Shown here one piece after another: positions 59,863-64,000 of a stretch of 64,000 bases of DNA. The notes beneath the pieces were generated by a model that was given only the letters and a program-made list of their open reading frames with translations, was not told the DNA's origin and ran no database searches. The position numbers were made by a program, and so were the translations under genes. The stretch spans positions 256,001-320,000 of the forward strand of contig CAVXJH010000003.1 of the NCBI GenBank assembly GCA_963762115.1, written 5' to 3'. Source of the DNA: Candidatus Babeliales bacterium. GTDB taxonomy: Bacteria; Babelota; Babeliae; Babelales; JANWKD01. Positions within the stretch are counted from its first letter, which is position 1, and the number at the start of each line of letters is the position of its first letter.

Positions 59863-62463
59863 TTAGATAAAATCAATGCTTTCGTCAGAATCAACGCTTA
59901 TGTCTTCTTGATTTTCATTTTCAAGAGCATCAAAATCTGCAATTTGATCATCATAAGAATCAAACTTTATTGGCTTGTCGTTCTTTGGACCTTTTTGCTC
60001 AATACTATTTTCACCTTCTTCTTGAACTTCTTCAAATGAAACAACGGAAGACAATGTTTGATCATCATTCAAACGAATTAGGCGAACACCTTTTGCTTGG
60101 CGACCCATTGTGCGAATTTCTGTTGGGGAAAGACGAATAATTTTACCCGCCGTATCAATGAGCAACACATTAGCGATATCACTGACAACAGCCAAACCGA
60201 TAACATTACCATTTCGTTCTGTTGTTGGAATCGTTCTTACGCCATAACCGCCTCGATGTGCAACTCTAAAGTCATCTGCTTTCACGCGCTTACCAAAGCC
60301 ACGTTCTGTTGCAAATAAAATATCATTGTCATCATGAATAACTTCCATGCCGACAACATAATCTTTCGCCTTCAAACGAATACCCATCACGCCAGATGCT
60401 TGTCTGCCCATCTGACGAACTTCTGTCTCCTTGAAGCGAATACCTTGTCCTTTTGCTGTTGCAATAACAATTGAATCATCGCCAGAACTAAGGGCACAGA
60501 AAATTAAATGATCATTTTCGCGTAAGTTAATTGCACGAATACCAGAGCTACGAATTTTGGCAAATGCCATTGCATCAGTACGCTTAATAATACCCGCTTT
60601 GGTTAACATCACTAATGATTTACCTTCTAAATCACGAGCAGGCAATAATTTCACGACTGACTCATCTTGTGTCAGTGGCAACAAATTAACAATAGCACGG
60701 CCTTTTGCAATTCTTGAACCTTCAGGCACTTCAAAAACATTCAAACTATATACACGACCTAAGTTAGTGAAGAACAACAGTTCATCATGGGTTTTGGCTA
60801 CAAAAATATCCTGAATTAAGTCACCAGATTCATCCAAGGCAGTCATGCCCATTTTGCCCCTACCGCCACGATGTTGAACGCCGTATGTTTCTAACGGAAC
60901 ACGCTTGATATAACCTTTGCGGGTTAACGTTACAACAACTTCTTCATCCGGAATAAGATCAGCTTCAGTGAGAATATCGATTGGTCCTTCAATTCTTGTG
61001 CGACGCTTATCAGCATATTCACTTTTAATAGCAACCAATTCTGCTTTTACTTCAGCGCGCAAAATAGATTTATCAGCAATAATTGATTTATAATATTGAA
61101 TGGTCTTTTTTAATTCTTCCATTTCAGCATAAATTTTTTCTTGTTCGAGTCCAGTCAAACGCTGCAGACGCATTTCCAAAATTGCTTTACCTTGCTCAGG
61201 TGTTAATAAAAAGCGTTTGTTCAATTGAACAATTGCTTCATCGGCAGATCGTGATTGTTTAATTAAAGCAATGACTTCATCGATGCTGCTTAAAGCAATA
61301 ATGAAACCCGCAAGAAGATGCTCACGCATTTCTGCTTTTTTCAAATCATACACAGTACGTTTATAAATAATTTCATGACGATGCACGAGAAACTCATGCA
61401 ACAATTGACGCAAGTTAAATACTGAAGGCTTATTATCAAGCAATGCAAGCATTAAAATCGAAACGGTCGTTTGCAATGAAGTATACTTATACAGTTGATT
61501 CAAAATTACTGTCGGAATTTCGCCTTTCTTCAACTCAATAACTAAGCGCATTCCCTTTTTATCAGATTCATCACGAATATTTGAAACGCCTTCAATAATC
61601 TTATTCTTAACTAAGTCAGCAATTTTGATCGTTAATTCTGCTTTATTTGCTTGGAATGGCAATTCAGTAATAACAATTGCCGTACCTTTTTTGGTTTCTT
61701 CTGTTTCAACAACACCGCGCAAGATTAAGTTTCCACGACCTGTTTTATACGCACGAATAATACCGGCTCTACCACAAATAATACCGCCTGTTGGAAAATC
61801 TGGTGCGGGCACTAAGGTAAATAATGTTTCATCATCAAGAGATTCATTATCTAGATAGGCCAAACAAGCATCTATAATTTCACCTAAATTATGAGGTGGA
61901 ATAGAAGTTGCCATACCAACAGCAATACCAGCAGTACCATTAATTAATAAGTTAGGTAATCTGCTTGGTAAAATAACCGGTTCCACCGTTGAATCATCAA
62001 AGTTAGGAACAAAATCAACCGTTTCTTTATCTAAATCAGTCAGAATTTCAGCAGCAATTTTTGCCATACGAACTTCTGTATAACGCATTGCTGCAGCATT
62101 ATCACCATCAACTGAACCCCAGTTACCTTGGCCGTCGAGCAACGGATACCGTTTGGAGAAAAGTTGCACCAAACCAACCATACTGTTATACACAGCTTGA
62201 TCGCCGTGTGGGTGATATTTACCAAGAACTTCACCAACAACACGCACTGATTTGTGATAAGGCTTATTATGATAAAAACCAAGCTGTGCCATCGTATAAA
62301 GAACACGTCGATGCACTGGTTTTAGACCATCACGCACATCAGGAATTGCACGACTAACAATAACTGACATTGCATAATCAAGAAACGAAGTCTTTAATTC
62401 ATCTTCTATCAGGATCGGCTTAATGCCAAATTTTGCTATTTTTTCTTGATTATCAATTGCCAT
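59863..62463 (-). CDS. gyrA: DNA gyrase subunit A
   Basis: RDGLKPVHRR, YHPHGD, AAMRYTE, GyrA-box QHRGGRG, C-terminal pinwheel repeats. Confidence 0.98.
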   Translation of the reverse strand: MAIDNQEKIAKFGIKPILIEDELKTSFLDYAMSVIVSRAIPDVRDGLKPVHRRVLYTMAQLGFYHNKPYHKSVRVVGEVLGKYHPHGDQAVYNSMVGLVQLFSKRYPLLDGQGNWGSVDGDNAAAMRYTEVRMAKIAAEILTDLDKETVDFVPNFDDSTVEPVILPSRLPNLLINGTAGIAVGMATSIPPHNLGEIIDACLAYLDNESLDDETLFTLVPAPDFPTGGIICGRAGIIRAYKTGRGNLILRGVVETEETKKGTAIVITELPFQANKAELTIKIADLVKNKIIEGVSNIRDESDKKGMRLVIELKKGEIPTVILNQLYKYTSLQTTVSILMLALLDNKPSVFNLRQLLHEFLVHRHEIIYKRTVYDLKKAEMREHLLAGFIIALSSIDEVIALIKQSRSADEAIVQLNKRFLLTPEQGKAILEMRLQRLTGLEQEKIYAEMEELKKTIQYYKSIIADKSILRAEVKAELVAIKSEYADKRRTRIEGPIDILTEADLIPDEEVVVTLTRKGYIKRVPLETYGVQHRGGRGKMGMTALDESGDLIQDIFVAKTHDELLFFTNLGRVYSLNVFEVPEGSRIAKGRAIVNLLPLTQDESVVKLLPARDLEGKSLVMLTKAGIIKRTDAMAFAKIRSSGIRAINLRENDHLIFCALSSGDDSIVIATAKGQGIRFKETEVRQMGRQASGVMGIRLKAKDYVVGMEVIHDDNDILFATERGFGKRVKADDFRVAHRGGYGVRTIPTTERNGNVIGLAVVSDIANVLLIDTAGKIIRLSPTEIRTMGRQAKGVRLIRLNDDQTLSSVVSFEEVQEEGENSIEQKGPKNDKPIKFDSYDDQIADFDALENENQEDISVDSDESIDFI

Positions 62464-62715
62464 GAAAACGACCTTTCAACAGGATCAGAATTTAATTTTT
62501 ATTTGTTACAAAAAGTATAACGAAAATAGTTTTTTTAACAAGAATGTGACATGTATTTTCTTTTTTAAATCAAGAGATCTGCCTGAGTCAAGGAATATGA
62601 AAAAAATTTTGGAATTGTCATTCTGAACATAAGCGAAGCTCAAAACGATAAACTTTAAATTTAATACGCAAACGTAAATCAAAATACTCAAAATTAATGG
62701 TTTGTTATAACCCAC

Positions 62716-62854
62716 ATGTCTTCCCGAGGCACATTGTGCCGTGGGGATCCAGATTATAATGTTCTGATAAATAAAATTCCTAAAAATGAACGGAAAATGA
62801 ATAGAATTTTATATGCTGGGTTGCCACGTCGACAATGTCGACTCGCAATGACAT
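62716..62854. repeat. Paired palindromic REP/MITE-like element
   Basis: 62716-62752 and 62816-62854 are imperfect reverse complements of each other, each with an internal ACATTGT-centred hairpin. Confidence 0.65.
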
Positions 62855-62906
62855 TTTGTGAGATTTTATTTATTTTCTTCGTTACTTACTAATATAATAG
62901 CCCCTG

Positions 62907-64000
62907 CTATTTCTCTTGAATTGTTTTTTCGCGTAGCTGAGTAATCTCTTGAATTGCTTCATATGCTTTCTGTTGTTCCGATAGTGGTTTTTCAAAAATA
63001 GAAGTAAGGGATTTTTGTTTTTTCTTAAGGCGTAAAGGTTTATTACTACGCATGATTCTGCTCTTTAGTTCTTTAAATTTTTTTTCATACTCTGATGCAT
63101 TAATTGGTTTGAAATTCCACCATTGAGGTTTAAATATGTCTGCTGCTTCCCAATGAAAGGCTTCATACTTATATTCCCACGCTGTTTTATTTATTTGAAA
63201 TCGTACTATTACAACCATGCCATATTCATCTTGTGTTTCAATGCTTACATTATATAAAACAACATGCTCTCCATCACCTGGCAATTCTTTTTCAAGAGGT
63301 TTTTCATGAGGATTATTTGCAATTGCTCGAGCTGCTTTTAAAATTAAAGAAATATCATTCGGCCCTTCTAACGTTTCAATATAAAAAGTTTTGAGTGTTG
63401 GCCTTTCGGTTAGATTGCAAAATGCATCCCGAAACGCCATAAATATACCACCCGACCCTTTAAAAGCATCGCCTTCAACAACTATTTTGCTCAAATATTG
63501 AGACGCATTGCCATGTGTCATTGAAATAATATTAGGATAAAGATATTGATTATCCTTTAATAATGCGCTATCAATTTTTTTGGTAAAGATAGACTGTTGT
63601 TTCTCTTCATCAAAAAATTTTTCATTACGCGTTATAATATCTGAAAATGTTGGCAAATTTTCCCATTGTCTTTTTGCTAGTTCTCGCAGATTAACATCTA
63701 AAGGAAGATGGGATGAACGCACTATAAGAGGTACATTAATTATTGGTGGATATACAAGCACATTCAACACATAGTCAAATTTTGGGTCATCATGCAGTTT
63801 TTTTGGATATACCTGAATAGGCCTATTTTCAAGTTCTGCAGTGCGTACTTTTACTTTACCAAGTACCATAACATTATTGCTAGAAGTGAATGATTGAATT
63901 TCAATGCCTCCAGGCAAAATAATTTGAGGAATATTAGTTTGAGCATGAATATCTTGGGATGTCTTATTAATTTCACCGAGTATACTCAACAAATTTTGAA
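62907..64000 (-). CDS. Hypothetical protein, C-terminal part; start lies outside the window
   Basis: Frame stays open to the window edge; no family recognised. Confidence 0.7.
   Translation of the reverse strand, partial: QNLLSILGEINKTSQDIHAQTNIPQIILPGGIEIQSFTSSNNVMVLGKVKVRTAELENRPIQVYPKKLHDDPKFDYVLNVLVYPPIINVPLIVRSSHLPLDVNLRELAKRQWENLPTFSDIITRNEKFFDEEKQQSIFTKKIDSALLKDNQYLYPNIISMTHGNASQYLSKIVVEGDAFKGSGGIFMAFRDAFCNLTERPTLKTFYIETLEGPNDISLILKAARAIANNPHEKPLEKELPGDGEHVVLYNVSIETQDEYGMVVIVRFQINKTAWEYKYEAFHWEAADIFKPQWWNFKPINASEYEKKFKELKSRIMRSNKPLRLKKKQKSLTSIFEKPLSEQQKAYEAIQEITQLREKTIQEK

Noticed and set aside
1..64000. Short antisense or alternate-frame ORFs inside dnaK, rny, recA, gyrA, plsX and ABC genes; tRNA, rRNA, CRISPR, transposase
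   Set aside because: Shadow ORFs of well-supported genes; no cloverleaf, rRNA motif, spaced direct repeats or transposase motif recognised by eye

Overview
AT-rich bacterial chromosomal segment. Gene content (ankyrin protein, many signal-peptide hypothetical proteins, nutrient-uptake transporters, chlamydia-like DMT carriers, degenerate fatty-acid cluster) suggests an intracellular protist-associated bacterium, plausibly Dependentiae/Babeliae; this taxonomy is inference. Housekeeping blocks: carD-miaA-SPOR-ppiD-recA-infC-rpmI-rplT-zapB-zapA-rny-ymdB, dnaK, gyrA-dprA, rpmF-plsX-TPR-gltX-fabD-acpP, and a partial Ku gene at the left edge. The accessory middle (17-51 kb) holds the most interesting signals. 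(1) Four to five short leader ORFs, mostly missing from the ORF track, have codon-biased tails that match the downstream genes: Met-rich before a SAM hydrolase near a SAM-carrier-like gene, Tyr-rich before ilvE plus an ABC importer (with a visible terminator/antiterminator), Tyr-rich before two isocyanide-synthase-like genes, and Phe-rich before an unknown secreted protein. (2) Four tandem secreted Cys-Cys/hendecad-repeat paralogs lie beside a sulfotransferase. (3) Three tandem HExxH peptidases, two with a duplicated promoter region. Also seen: a FabD lacking its catalytic Ser, four single-base frameshifts, a GC-rich hairpin and G-quadruplex motif in the carD-dnaK gap, and a small palindromic MITE/REP-like element. 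No rRNA, tRNA, CRISPR array or transposase was recognised. All family assignments come from motif recognition by eye, not database searches.
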